Below are positions 35,580 to 50,100 of a DNA stretch of 64,000 nucleotides, piece by piece. Where the stretch lies: positions 42,408,001-42,472,000 of the forward strand of contig OZ024750.1 of the NCBI GenBank assembly GCA_964016885.1. Direction: 5' to 3'. The notes beneath the pieces were generated by a model, which was not told where the DNA came from, did no database searches, and saw nothing but the letters and a program-made list of their open reading frames with translations. The DNA is from Eledone cirrhosa (taxonomy: Eukaryota). The position numbers and the translations under genes were made by a program. Numbering within the stretch: position 1 is the stretch's first letter; each line of letters opens with the position of its first letter.

Positions 35580-36692
35580 GCCTTTCAATGATGTATACTA
35601 ACTGCAACATGTATGTATATTGTCTTTCAATGATGTATACTAACTGCAATATGTATGTATATTGTCTTTCAATGATGTATACTAACTGCAACATGTATGT
35701 ACATTGTCTTTCAATGATATATACTAACTGCAACATGTATGTATATTGTCTTTCAATGATGTATACTAACTGCAACATGTATGTATATTGTCTTTCAATG
35801 ATGTATACTAACTGCAACATGTATATATATTGTCTTTCAATGATGTATACTAACTGCAACATGTATGTACATTGTCTTTCAATGATATATACTAACTGCA
35901 ACATGTATGTATATTGTCTTTCAATGATGTATACTAACTGCAACATGTATGTATATTGTCTTTCAATGATGTATACTAACTGCAACATGTATGTATATTG
36001 TCTTTCAATGATGTAGACTAACTGCAACATGTATGTATATTGTCTTTCAATGATGTATACTAACTGCAACATGTATGTATATTGTCTTTCAATGATGTAT
36101 ACTAACTGCAACATGTATGTATATTGTCTTTCAATGATGTATACTAACTGCAACATGTATGTATATTGTCTTTCAATGATGTATACTAACTGCAACATGT
36201 ATGTATATTGTCTTTCAATGATGTAGACTAACTGCAACATGTATGTACATTGTCTTTCAATGATGTATACTAACTGCAACATGTATGTATATTGTCTTTC
36301 AATGATGTATACTAACTGCAATATGTATGTATATTGTCTTTCAATGATGTATACTAACTGCAACATGTATGTACATTGTCTTACAATGATGTATACTAAC
36401 TGCAACATGTATATATATTGTCTTTCAATGATGTATACTAACTGCGACATGTATGTATATTGTCTTTCAATGATGTATACTAACTGCAACATGTATGTAT
36501 ATTGTCTTTCAATGATGTATACTAACTGCAACATGTATATATATTGTCTTTCAATGATGTATACTAACTGCAACATGTATGTATATTGTCTTTCAATGAT
36601 GTATACTAACTGCAACATGTATGTATATTGTCTTTCAATGATGTATACTAACTGCAACATGTATGTATATTGTCTTTCAATGATGTATACTA
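35580..36692. repeat. 42-bp minisatellite (about 26 units)
   Basis: Unit TGTCTTTCAATGATGTATACTAACTGCAACATGTATGTATAT. Confidence 0.96.
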
Positions 36693-36738
36693 TCTTTTTC
36701 AAAAACTTAAAAGAGTTCAGATAGCTTTTAACCTTTTG

Positions 36739-36808
<70 letters not shown>

Positions 36809-37158
36809 CCCCTCTGAAAGCAGAATTGTTATAAAATTCAATTGTCATTCTTAGATTAAGCTAGCATGTATATAGATAAATATCTGTTTTAGACTTTAGA
36901 AAGTTTGGAATACAATTTCTGTAGACGTTATTTAATTTAGTGGTAGCAGTAATTAGTGGAGATAGTTTCAGTAAAGAATGTTTGTTCCTCTGCAACATTG
37001 CATAAGGCATTTTTCCAATGTCTGCTATCATCTTGATATGTTCTAGTTATTGATTTGATTAACAATGCCTTAACCATCTCATTGGACATTGCTTCTTTGG
37101 TTTGAAAGTTGTAAAAAGTAGATTTCACTTTAAATAATATAAAAAAAAATCCATTTGA

Positions 37159-37250
<92 letters not shown>

Positions 37251-37397
37251 CACACACACAAGCATATATATATATATATATATGTGTGTGTGTAAAGATT
37301 TCTTAACTCTATCAAGTTCTACTTCAAACTTTCACTTACTTCAACCATTTTTACTAAAAGAAAAAGAAAATCCATAAATATAGGGATGTTTTTTTTC

Positions 37398-37433
<36 letters not shown>

Positions 37434-38708
37434 TTATTGGCTGCCTTTTAAAACTAAACAACATTTTAAAGTTTCCAGTGTAGAAGTCTCTCTATGTTAG
37501 ATCTATTACGACAGCAAAAGACAACAAAATATATATTTAAAAAATATCCAAATAAGAAGCATTCTTCTCTTTTCTATATTGAAGAAATGTCTGTATTAAT
37601 TCACACAGTCTCATGTAAACTTCAACTGAAATCAGTTAATGTTCCTTTGTAGGAAACAGAATTGTTCAAAGTCATACATTCTCTTCCATAGATTTACCAT
37701 GTCTCATTCTATGAGTACATTCCTCCTGTGTGGTGAAGTTGTTCGTTTTTTACAATCAAGTGGTACCAGGTTCAATACCAATGTTTGCCACCTTGAGCAA
37801 GTGTCTTCTATAAAGTCTCTCTCATGCCTAGAGGTTCATCTGACCAGTGGTCGTGCTTATCCTGGTTTTCGAGGAGTTAAGCGAATAAGAGTACAAGACT
37901 CCCTCTTGGACAGAGCACCAGTCCGTTGCTGGGTTAAAGCCCCAGCAATTGCTGGTACTCATTTTCAGCTGAGTATACTGGAGCAATGTGACATGATTGC
38001 AAGTCCAACACCCTTACCACCAGGGCATGTGTCACCATATTTGGAAATTATTACAGTACTAGCTGGTCCCATATAAGAAAGATATGTTTGTTTGTTGGTT
38101 GATTGGTTCCTTTGTGCTCACTCACACAAGTGATACAAACATACTAACACACAGCTGTGATGAATTTTAGAACACTGGACTTCTATAGTTTCTCACCACC
38201 CCTTTCCTTAGTCGACGTAATCACCCCTTCCTTCCTCAGTCATCTCTAGTGTGTGACGGACAAATACACAAGGCTATTATATGAGTAGATGTTTTGGCAT
38301 CAGGAAAGGTATATGACCCTAGAAAAGCTACATCTACACTCAACCTATGCCACTAGACATAAGATTTGATGATGATGATGATGATGATGATGATAATCTA
38401 TATTTAACCCCCATTGATATTAACCTAGCTCAAACTGCTCCTATGAAAACAAAACCTCCCATTGTAATTCACTCCTTTCCTAGTGTGGAAACTGCTCAAT
38501 CTAAGGGATCCCCAGGGTGGTTTCTATCTAAAAGCCCCCTCCTCCCAGGGGCTGATGGAAAGTTTCGACCCAAAACATAGCATGTGTTGTAAGAAATAGA
38601 ATGGTATTCTCACACTTGGAAACCCTGGTCTGAAATACTGGCAACAAAGTGGAATCCTTTAACAGGCAACCAAGAGACCGGGCGGGGATGATATACATGT
38701 TGGATTAA

Positions 38709-39425
38709 CTCTTTAGAATTTAAACCGGCCATATCTGGCCACAATTCTCTGACCTCTTTCTGTTCAAACCGGCTGATCACACTGATGTTAACCCTTTACC
38801 ATTTACATTACTCTATATATACTATTGTATTTTCATAGTAAAGGCTTTACCTCACATAACATTTACATTACTCTATATATACTATTGTATTTTCACCAGT
38901 AAAGGCTTTACCTCACATAATACCTCACATAATATTTACATTACTCTATATTTACTATTGTATTTTCACAGTAAAGGCTTTACCTCACATAATATCTCAC
39001 ATAACATTTACATTACTCTATATTTACTATTGTATTTTCACAGTAAAGGCTTTACCTCACATAATATCTCACATAACATTTACATTACTCTATATATACT
39101 ATTGTATTTTCACAGTAAAGGCTTTACCTCACATAATATCTCACATAACATTTACATTACTCTATATATACTATTGTATTTTCACAGTAAAGGCTTTACC
39201 TCACATAACATTTACATTACTCTATATATACTATTGTATTTTCACAGTAAAGGCTTTACCTCACATAACATTTACATTACTCTATATTTACTATTGTATT
39301 TTCACAGTAAAGGCTTTACCTCACATAATATCTCACATAACATTTACATTACTCTATATATACTATTGTATTTTCACAGTAAAGGCTTTACCTCACATAA
39401 TACCTCACATAACATTTACAGCTAA
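38709..39425. mobile_element. TTAA MITE left end joined at its internal TTAA to a reverse copy amplified into a 60/75-bp array
   Basis: GATG-TTAA|CCCTTTACCATTTACATTAC at 38788; array 38792-39420 is the reverse complement of 3155-3456. Confidence 0.75.
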
Positions 39426-39506
39426 AGACGACTTTAATTAATAATACAATATATATATATAAATGAAAAGTATAGAAATTATTGAGCAAGAAGTACACAG
39501 TATTTC

Positions 39507-39553
<47 letters not shown>

Positions 39554-39554
39554 A

Positions 39555-39743
39555 CAGCTGTCCCCTAGTATTCGCGGAGGTTACGTTTCTGGGGCACTGC
39601 GAAGAGTGAAAAACCGCGAATATCGGGCGTGATCCATTAAAAAATATATATATATATTTATAAATGTCAAAACAACGTAAAATATAGGTCGGCAAATACG
39701 GTATATTGTTATTAATAATTTAACGTGAAAAGGCGTGGGGAAA

Positions 39744-39802
<59 letters not shown>

Positions 39803-39990
39803 CCCCAGCATGGCCTCAGCCGGATGGCTGAAACGGGTAAAAGAGTATATATTGCTAAGAAAAAAGTCATTCAAAAAATCGCGGAAGATATTTACGATTC
39901 CGCGAATATGTGTTGTTTTCTACGAACAATTATTAGTTAGTTTCTGGGGAAAATTTCGTGAAAAACCGGGGCCGCGAATGCTGAAGATAC

Positions 39991-39994
<4 letters not shown>
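39555..39994. mobile_element. pogo/Tigger-like (Tc1/mariner) MITE
   Basis: Imperfect TIRs TA|CAGCTGTCCCCTAGTATTCGCGG ... CCGCGAATGCTGAAGATACACTG; internal CGCGAA motifs; CpG-rich relative to flanks. Confidence 0.7.
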
Positions 39995-40036
<42 letters not shown>

Positions 40037-41834
40037 GTGTGTTTCATTAGTAATATATGGTAACGAAAGGGTTAAATATAGCGCATAATATATTTGACAT
40101 CAGTGAATCGGGTTTGTTTTCATCTACGCAGATTATTATACATTATGTGTGTGTGTGTATATATATGTACACACATATATATACACACCTGACAATCCCT
40201 TGCCTCAGTTCTTTCTAAATTACTGTATTAAAAGAATTTGTGACGAATGACCAATATCCTAGTTTAAGTCGTTTAATTCTTCAAATAATAATATTTCTAC
40301 ATCATCCGGCCCTCGTCTGCTAAAGTATGTTTTAATGAATATATTATATATATATATATGTTCATATTTGTTCGCTGTTCACTCAGTCGTACGTAATTCA
40401 AACTGTGTTGTTATTAAATAACATGGATAGTTTAAAGATATAAAATATCGGCTGTTACTAGACATGAAAACATCCACATTATATAATACCCACGTGTATT
40501 CTCATAATTACATTAACATTTTCCACTAATTAGCCGTTGTAGGCAACAATTTAACTAAGGGAGCTAACTACATTATCCCCCCTCCTCCCACTTATGCTTG
40601 GTTGCCTCCCTTGCGGACCATTCTCATTAGCCATTTATCGTGTTCCTTCCACTGGTTAAAAATAATTTATTCATTTCTTTATTTTATGGTTAAAAATAAT
40701 TTATTCATTTCTTTATTTTATTACTGTTATTATTTAGCTATATATATATATTTCTGTTTGTATATAATAAATTTAGGGAGAATTGTTCTTCGATGGGAAA
40801 CGAAGTATCTAATTTTTCATTTTATTGTGCCAATATTATAATTTATATTCATATTAATAAATATTTATATTAAAAATGTTATTAATGTGACATTTGGGAC
40901 CCGGTAAAAACTCCATTTCTGCTGATAATACTAACAATTCTTTCATTATTTTTACTTTGAAAAAATAATATGTCTTCTGCCCACTGAGTAGCAAAAAATA
41001 ATTTAATTTCTCTTAGCTGAGTATTAATACTTTTTTAAAAATATATTTATAAGTATTTTGGTTGACTTCAGTATTGATTATTAACCCTTAAGATACTGTC
41101 TGTAATTTTCACATAATTTGGTTTTAAAATAATCAAGAATTTGGCGAGATTTACTTATATAACTGACTTGCTCATTATTTATCTGATGTTTGTTTGGAGC
41201 ATAACTTAATAAAGGTTTTTACATAAAATTATGATGGAAGGTTTTTTTTTTTCTTTTTAGAGAAATAAACCTTAAAGTAAACAGTTTTGTATCATAGAAC
41301 CAGGTGGTTTGGAACATAACTGAACAAAGGTTCTTACATGAAATTATGATGGAAGGTTTTTAAGATAAATATAAACAAGGCCAGCAATTTGAGGACATGG
41401 GGATAGTTGATTAAATCAACCCCAGTGCATTAGTGGTGCTTTATTTTATTCACTCTGTAAGAATAAAAGGTAAAGCTAATTTCAGCAGCATTTTAAACTG
41501 TTCTGTATCACAGAACCAGGGACAATTCCTGACTGTTTGGTATCAAAGGAGCTAATGATATTTTTTTCCTGCTCCTGAAGTCACCACATTAATCAATGCC
41601 GCTATCACAACCACCACCACCACTATCACCCGTATCATCACCGGCACCATCACCACCACTACCATCATCACCATTGTCACTACTACCACTCGGACCATCA
41701 TCACCACTAACATAACATGTCTATACCAGTGCAGTCTTCCCTCTTATACCCAGTTTTTCTCTCAGTTCATCCATGTTTTGTCATGTATTGGCACCATGCA
41801 CAGTTCATCCATGCATTGAACATCTATTGGCACC

Positions 41835-42630
41835 TGGCTGTATCTCTTCCACCGTCACATATCCCCTGCACCTGCTTCTATCTCTCTCACCATCACACAT
41901 CCCCTGTATCTCTCCCACCATCACACATCCCCTGTATCTCTCTCACCATCACACATCCCCTGTATCTCTCTCACCATCACACATCCCCTGCATCTCTCCC
42001 ACCATCTCATCCCCTGCATCTCTCCCACCATCTCATATCCCCTGCACCTGCTTCTATCTCTCCCACCATCACACATCCCCTGCATCTCTCCCACCATCAC
42101 ACATCCCCTGTATCTCTCCCACCGTCACATATACCCTGCACTTGCTTCTATCTCTCCCACCATCTCATATCCCCTGTATCTCTCCCACCCTCACATATAC
42201 CCTGCACTTGCTTCTATCTCTCCCACCATCTCATATCCCCTGTATCTCTCCCACCCTCACATATACCCTGCATCTCTCCCACCATCTCATATCCCCTGTA
42301 TCTCTCCCACCATCTCATATCCCCTGTATCTCTCCCACCCTCACATATACCCTGCATCTCTCCCACCATCTCATATCCCCTGTATCTCTCCCACCATCTC
42401 ATATCCCCTGTATCTCTCCCACCATCTCATATCCCCTGTATCTCTCCCACCCTCACATATACCCTGCACCTGCTTCTATCTCTCCCACCATCACATATCC
42501 CCTGCATCTCTCCCACCATCACATATCCCCTGCATCTCTCCCACCATCACACATCCCCTGTATCTCTCCCACCCTCACATATACCCTGCACCTGCTTCTA
42601 TCTCTCCCACCATCTCATATCCCCTGCATT
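41835..42630. repeat. 28/40-bp C-rich minisatellite
   Basis: Unit TCTCTCCCACCATCACACATCCCCTGTA, some units with an added CACCTGCTTCTA. Confidence 0.92.
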
Positions 42631-42749
42631 CATTTCCTCGGTCTCTCCATACAACATAAGAAACAGAGTTACATGGCAGTGAATAAAGTAGACTTGATTA
42701 ACCCTAGCTGTTTATACTTCTTGTTTTCTTCCTAAATAACAAATAATAA

Positions 42750-43360
42750 AGGATGGAGGCATGATATAGGAAAAGTGATCCACTGTCATTTGTACAAATT
42801 GACTATTTTACCCGATGCTGAGTGGTGCTCTGAACATAGACCAGAATTGGTGATGGAAAACGACTGGTGAAGGTGTTATGGCATTTCAGAATATAAACTG
42901 ATAAAGAATTAGAACACAATAGGTCTGACTTGGTGGTTTTTGACAAAAAGATGATTGTGCTTTATTAAAAATGTAGCTTGCCCTTTCAACACAAGAGTAT
43001 AGGAGAGGAGGAAAAATTAACCAGTACCAGGGCCTGAAGTGGGAACTGAAAAGGATTTGGAACTCTCATGAGATCAAGGTTGTCCCCCATTGTTACAGGG
43101 GTACTGGGTACTATCTTGAAGAGTTTCCAAGGTTGGCTAAAGACCATCAGCCCACTCCCCTGTTTTGGAACACTTTAAAAGACAGCAAGGACCCTCCGAT
43201 ACGTCCTGAATATCTGAAGCTGTGGGTAGCAGCTTAATAATTATTCCGGTTAAATAACATCAATGGCTGAGACATCAACACTGCTTGTGCCCAAGGCTCA
43301 TGGAGCTGTGCTCACTAATGCAGTGATGACTTGCAATAAAAATAAAACTGTTGATAATAA
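42750..43360 (+). pseudogene. Decayed R4/Dong-type non-LTR retrotransposon 3' end (restriction-like endonuclease domain)
   Basis: Broken frames read RHD.GKVIH, EHRPELVMEND, KVLWHFRI*TDKELEHNRSDLVVFDK, VACPFNTRV, YQGLKWELKRIWN...KVVPIVTGVLGTI and TARTLRYVL, matching RLE motifs WDF.I.TD....HNRPD and V.PIVIGALG. Confidence 0.8.
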
Positions 43361-43589
43361 TTGTTTCTACTTTTTACACAAAGCCAGCAATTTGAGGGGA
43401 AGGGAAAAGTCAAATTAACCACAGTGCATTACTGGTATTTTATTTTATCAAACCTGTAAGGATGAAAGGCAAAACTAACCTCAGTGGGATTTGAACTCAG
43501 AACATAAAGGGCCATAACTCTATGCTGCAAAGCATGTTGTCCGATGTTCTACCAATTCTGCCAAACTACCAAATAATCTAATACAAAAG

Positions 43590-43865
43590 CTTTGTGTCTT
43601 TGTCCGTAACGCAATAGAGATGACTGAGGAAGGAAGGGGTGATTATGTTGACTGAGGAAGGAAGGGGTGATTACGTCGACTGAGGAAGGAAGGGGTGATT
43701 ACGTCGACTGAGGAAGGAAGGGGTGATTATGTCGACTGAGGAAGGAAGGGGTGATAAACTATAGAAGTCCAGTGTTCTAAGATTCACTACAGTTGTGTTT
43801 TTGTATGTTTGTATCACTTGTGTGAGCGCGAAGGAATCAACCAACCAACATATCTATTTTTACAT
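43590..43865. repeat. Dispersed repeat (inverted copy at 38078-38270, piece at 9198-9250) with an internal 28-bp x5 tandem
   Basis: GACTGAGGAAGGAAGGGGTGATTACGTC repeated; shared flank ACTATAGAAGTCCAGTGTTCTAA; class unknown. Confidence 0.75.
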
Positions 43866-45754
43866 TATATACCTCCCCCCTCCTTGTGGAGTCGTAGAGG
43901 CACCGCCATAGAGTATGTCTAGGGCACTTCTAAACCCGGTGGAGCCCAACCCCTCTCCAGGTTTGAACACAGTTGATTGTTTTCTAAAGAGGAAGAATCA
44001 ACCCCAGTACTGGACTGGACTGGTACTTTTTTTTTTATCGACCTCCAAAGGATGAAAGGCAAAGTTGACCCAGGCGGGATTTGAACTCAGAGAATGTGCA
44101 ATGAGGTGGGACGAATACCGTAAAGCATTCTATCCGACGTCTTAATGACTCTGCCAATTTGCCGCCTAGATATTACAATTAGCCGACATTTTTGACGGCA
44201 CGGAGCCAACTAGTATATAATACTTATAATGCCAGCGACAGCAACAATATAGAAGAGGTGTTCAAGTGTTAGATATCCACTGTTTTCTCATTTTACTGTT
44301 TAAGAAAAAAAAGTTGCACCATTTTCATGAAAGGGTTGAATTGATAATTCTGATTTTAATTAATCAAGAAATTAATATTTTGAAATCTTTAACAACTTTC
44401 AGCTAAAATATGTGTAAAAAACGTAATTAAAATAACTTGATCATTAATGTTGTCGTCGTTGTTGTTGTTGCTACTACTACTACTACTACTGCTGCTGATG
44501 TTGTTGCTACTGCTGCTGCTGCTGTTGTTGCTACTACTGCTGCTGCTATCACCACCGCTACTATTACTACTACTAATACCAGCATCACTAATACTACTAC
44601 TAATGCTACTTCCACCATTGTCAATACCACCACTACTACTACTACCATCACTACTATCACCACCACTACCACTACTACTATCACCACCACCACCACCACC
44701 ATCACCACTACTACTTATTAGGTTTGTTCTTCTTATACCTGGTTATTGCTGGTTATGATTGGGTAGCTGAGCTCAATGAATAAAACTTCCCCTCCCCCAC
44801 TCCTATTCCCCTCACCCCCCACTCCTATTCCCCCCTCCCCTCCGCCTATTTTACTCTACTTTACATTTTCCATATTTTCCTTCTTCTTGCCAATATCCAA
44901 CTTCATGAATATTTCTATCCAACTTCATGAATATTTCCAGCCTGTCTAATTAATGCTTACTGCTTTAAATTCATCAAAGTTTTCTCCATTACCATCAGTC
45001 TTTGATATCTCAAACCTCCCCCCACATCCATTCCACTAGTTTTATTCAAAACATTTATATGGATTTTTTTATGTGTTTGTTTCATTTTGCCTATTAGAGA
45101 CCGTGTATGGTTTAGAAAAGGTACACCCTCTCCCTGTGTGTCGTAAGAAGAGATTAAAATGGTTTGGTGTCAAGAAGGGCATCTGGTTGTGAAATATTGC
45201 CTCAAAAAGTCCTGCCCATCTCATGCCAGTATGGAGAAGTTGATAGAGAAACGATGATGATGACGAGATTATATGCATAGTAATTTCTGTTGGGATAGGT
45301 TGAATGGGTTGCCAAGTGGTTGCTAAGTGGTTGGCGTTAGAAAGGGTATCTGGCTGTAGAAACCAAGCCCAAATCAGTTCTGTATGAGCAAGACATGGTC
45401 ACCTGACCTAGCATTGCCCACCACAGGACAACTCGTCTAACCCATGCTAGTGTGGAAAATGGATGTAAAACGGTGATGATGTTAATTACATCTATTTACT
45501 TTGATTGGTTGGAGACAGGTGTTCTCCAGCACAGCTTTCATCCACCTGCTGTGTTCTTTCATCTCCTCTGAGATCAGCTTTACCCAGGTCTTCCGCCTCT
45601 GCTGCTTCTTTCCTCTTTGAAGTCCTGGAGATGACAGAAGAAAGAAACCAGATTGAGTGGATTAAGGATTGAGAGTATGATGGGAGGAAGGGAGTAGTGG
45701 AGGGAGTAATAGGAGTTTAGTTGTTCTAGAAATATTTTCTCATTTAGAAATTTG

Positions 45755-45950
45755 CGTGGCTAGAATGTCTCAAGAAAGAATCACTGGACAGGTTTTACGG
45801 GCAAAACCAACAGGCAGCAGGAAGCCCAGGGATAGACCCCAAGTAAGATGGTTGGATAACATCCATGAGTTTGGCTGGTTGCTTCTGATAGGACCCTGCT
45901 GGAAGGAAATATTTGAGGATTCTGTCCTCATAACCCTCCCAGGAATAAAT
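45755..45950 (+). pseudogene. Old RTE-like LINE C-terminal remnant
   Basis: VARMSQERITGQVLRAKPTG...PRDRPQVRWLDNI. Confidence 0.6.
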
Positions 45951-46093
45951 GGGTGAAGAATTAGAAGAAATTCAGTTTTCCTTCCTTTATATTGTATTGA
46001 AATTTTTATGTTGGGGTGGGGGATGAGAATGATGTTTGTTATTTCTGAAAATAAACCAACACAGTTAGTGAATACATTTTTAGAGAGAGATAG

Positions 46094-46849
<756 letters not shown>

Positions 46850-46974
46850 TCCTTCAAGTGAAACAGTTCTAGTCCTGTAGAAGCCATTTCTATATTAAAC
46901 ATTTATACTCTACGTATTGAGTACCTTACTTACTGTGGTTACCCCCGATTGAAGCCGGGATACACACACACACA

Positions 46975-47015
<41 letters not shown>

Positions 47016-47117
47016 CACACACATTGGATTGGTCAAATTGTTTATGGTTTACAATTCTTAGATGAAGAATAGCTTCACTAATCACCATTTATACAGCCAT
47101 TAAAAACTTTTACTGAG

Positions 47118-50100
47118 ACCTAAGCTTCAATATATAAGCAATCCTGCCTAGTTTCTCTCAGATCAAAACTTCAATATATAAGCAATCCTGCCTAGTTTCT
47201 CTCAGATCAAAACTTCAATATATAAGCAATCCTGCCTAGTTTCTCTCAGATCTAAACTTCAATATATAAGCAATCCTGCCTAGTTTCTCTCAGATCAAAA
47301 CTTCAATATATAAGCAATCCTGCCTAGTTTCTCTCAGATCTAAACTTCAATATATAAGCAATCCTGCCTACTTTCTCTCAGATCAAAACTTCAATATATA
47401 AGCAATCCTGCCTAGTTTCTCTCAGATCAAAACTTCAATATATAAGCAATCCTGCCTACTTTCTCTCAGATCAAAACTTCAATATATAAGCAATCCTGCC
47501 TAGTTTCTCTCAGATCAAAACTTCAATATATAAGCAATCCTGCCTAGTTTCTCTCAGATCTAAACTTCAATATATAAGCAATCCTGCCTAGTTTCTCTCA
47601 GATCTAAACTTCAATATATAAGCAATCCTGCCTACTTTCTCTCAGATCTAAGCTTCAATATATAAGCAATCCTGCCTACTTTCTCTCAGATCAAAACTTC
47701 AATATATAAGCAATCCTGCCTAGTTTCTCTCAGATCAAAACTTCAATATATAAGCAATCCTGCCTAGTTTCTCTCAGATCAAAACTTCAATATATAAGCA
47801 ATCCTGCCTAGTTTCTCTCAGATCAAAACTTCAATATATAAGCAATCCTGCCTAGTTTCTCTCAGATCTAAACTTCAATATATAAGCAATCCTGCCTAGT
47901 TTCTCTCAGATCTAAACTTCAATATATAAGCAATCCTGCCTAGTTTCTCTCAGATCAAAACTTCAATATATAAGCAATCCTGCCTAGTTTCTCTCAGATC
48001 TAAACTTCAATATATAAGCAATCCTGCCTAGTTTCTCTCAGATCAAAACTTCAATATATAAGCAATCCTGTCTAGTTTCTCTCAGATCTAAACTTCAATA
48101 TATAAGCAATCCTGCCTAGTTTCTCTCAGATCAAAACTTCAATATATAAGCAATCCTGCCTAGTTTCTCTCAGATCAAAACTTCAATATATAAGCAATCC
48201 TGCCTAGTTTCTCTCAGATCAAAACTTCAATATATAAGCAATCCTGCCTAGTTTCTCTCAGATCAAAACTTCAATATATAAGCAATCCTGCCTAGTTTCT
48301 CTCAGATCTAAACTTCAATATATAAGCAATCCTGCCTAGTTTCTCTCAGATCTAAACTTCAATATATAAGCAATCCTGCCTAGTTTCTCTCAGATCAAAA
48401 CTTCAATATATAAGCAATCCTGCCTAGTTTCTCTCAGATCAAAACTTCAATATATAAGCAATCCTGCCTAGTTTCTCTCAGATCTAAACTTCAATATATA
48501 AGCAATCCTGCCTAGTTTCTCTCAGATCAAAACTTCAATATATAAGCAATCCTGCCTAGTTTCTCTCAGATCTAAACTTCAATATATAAGCAATCCTGCC
48601 TACTTTCTCTCAGATCAAAACTTCAATATATAAGCAATCCTGCCTAGTTTCTCTCAGATCAAAACTTCAATATATAAGCAATCCTGCCTACTTTCTCTCA
48701 GATCAAAACTTCAATATATAAGCAATCCTGCCTAGTTTCTCTCAGATCAAAACTTCAATATATAAGCAATCCTGCCTAGTTTCTCTCAGATCTAAACTTC
48801 AATATATAAGCAATCCTGCCTAGTTTCTCTCAGATCTAAACTTCAATATATAAGCAATCCTGCCTACTTTCTCTCAGATCTAAGCTTCAATATATAAGCA
48901 ATCCTGCCTACTTTCTCTCAGATCAAAACTTCAATATATAAGCAATCCTGCCTAGTTTCTCTCAGATCAAAACTTCAATATATAAGCAATCCTGCCTAGT
49001 TTCTCTCAGATCAAAACTTCAATATATAAGCAATCCTGCCTAGTTTCTCTCAGATCAAAACTTCAATATATAAGCAATCCTGCCTAGTTTCTCTCAGATC
49101 TAAACTTCAATATATAAGCAATCCTGCCTAGTTTCTCTCAGATCTAAACTTCAATATATAAGCAATCCTGCCTAGTTTCTCTCAGATCAAAACTTCAATA
49201 TATAAGCAATCCTGCCTAGTTTCTCTCAGATCTAAACTTCAATATATAAGCAATCCTGCCTAGTTTCTCTCAGATCAAAACTTCAATATATAAGCAATCC
49301 TGTCTAGTTTCTCTCAGATCTAAACTTCAATATATAAGCAATCCTGCCTAGTTTCTCTCAGATCAAAACTTCAATATATAAGCAATCCTGCCTAGTTTCT
49401 CTCAGATCAAAACTTCAATATATAAGCAATCCTGCCTAGTTTCTCTCAGATCAAAACTTCAATATATAAGCAATCCTGCCTAGTTTCTCTCAGATCAAAA
49501 CTTCAATATATAAGCAATCCTGCCTAGTTTCTCTCAGATCTAAACTTCAATATATAAGCAATCCTGCCTAGTTTCTCTCAGATCTAAACTTCAATATATA
49601 AGCAATCCTGCCTAGTTTCTCTCAGATCAAAACTTCAATATATAAGCAATCCTGCCTAGTTTCTCTCAGATCAAAACTTCAATATATAAGCAATCCTGCC
49701 TAGTTTCTCTCAGATCTAAACTTCAATATATAAGCAATCCTGCCTAGTTTCTCTCAGATCAAAACTTCAATATATAAGCAATCCTGCCTACTTTCTCTCA
49801 GATCAAAACTTCAATATATAAGCAATCCTGCCTACTTTCTCTCAGATCTAAACTTCAATATATAAGCAATCCTGCCTAGTTTCTCTCAGATCTAAACTTC
49901 AATATATAAGCAATCCTGCCTACTTTCTCTCAGATCTAAGCTTCAATATATAAGCAATCCTGCCTACTTTCTCTCAGATCAAAACTTCAATATATAAGCA
50001 ATCCTGCCTACTTTCTCTCAGATCTAAACTTCAATATATAAGCAATCCTGCCTAGTTTCTCTCAGATCTAAACTTCAATATATAAGCAATCCTGCCTAGT

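Noticed and set aside
35515-36724. 395-aa and related repeat ORFs
   Set aside because: Translation of a 42-bp tandem array.
43622-43755. CTGAGGA repeats as hammerhead cores
   Set aside because: No stem II or GAAA follows; simply a 28-bp tandem.
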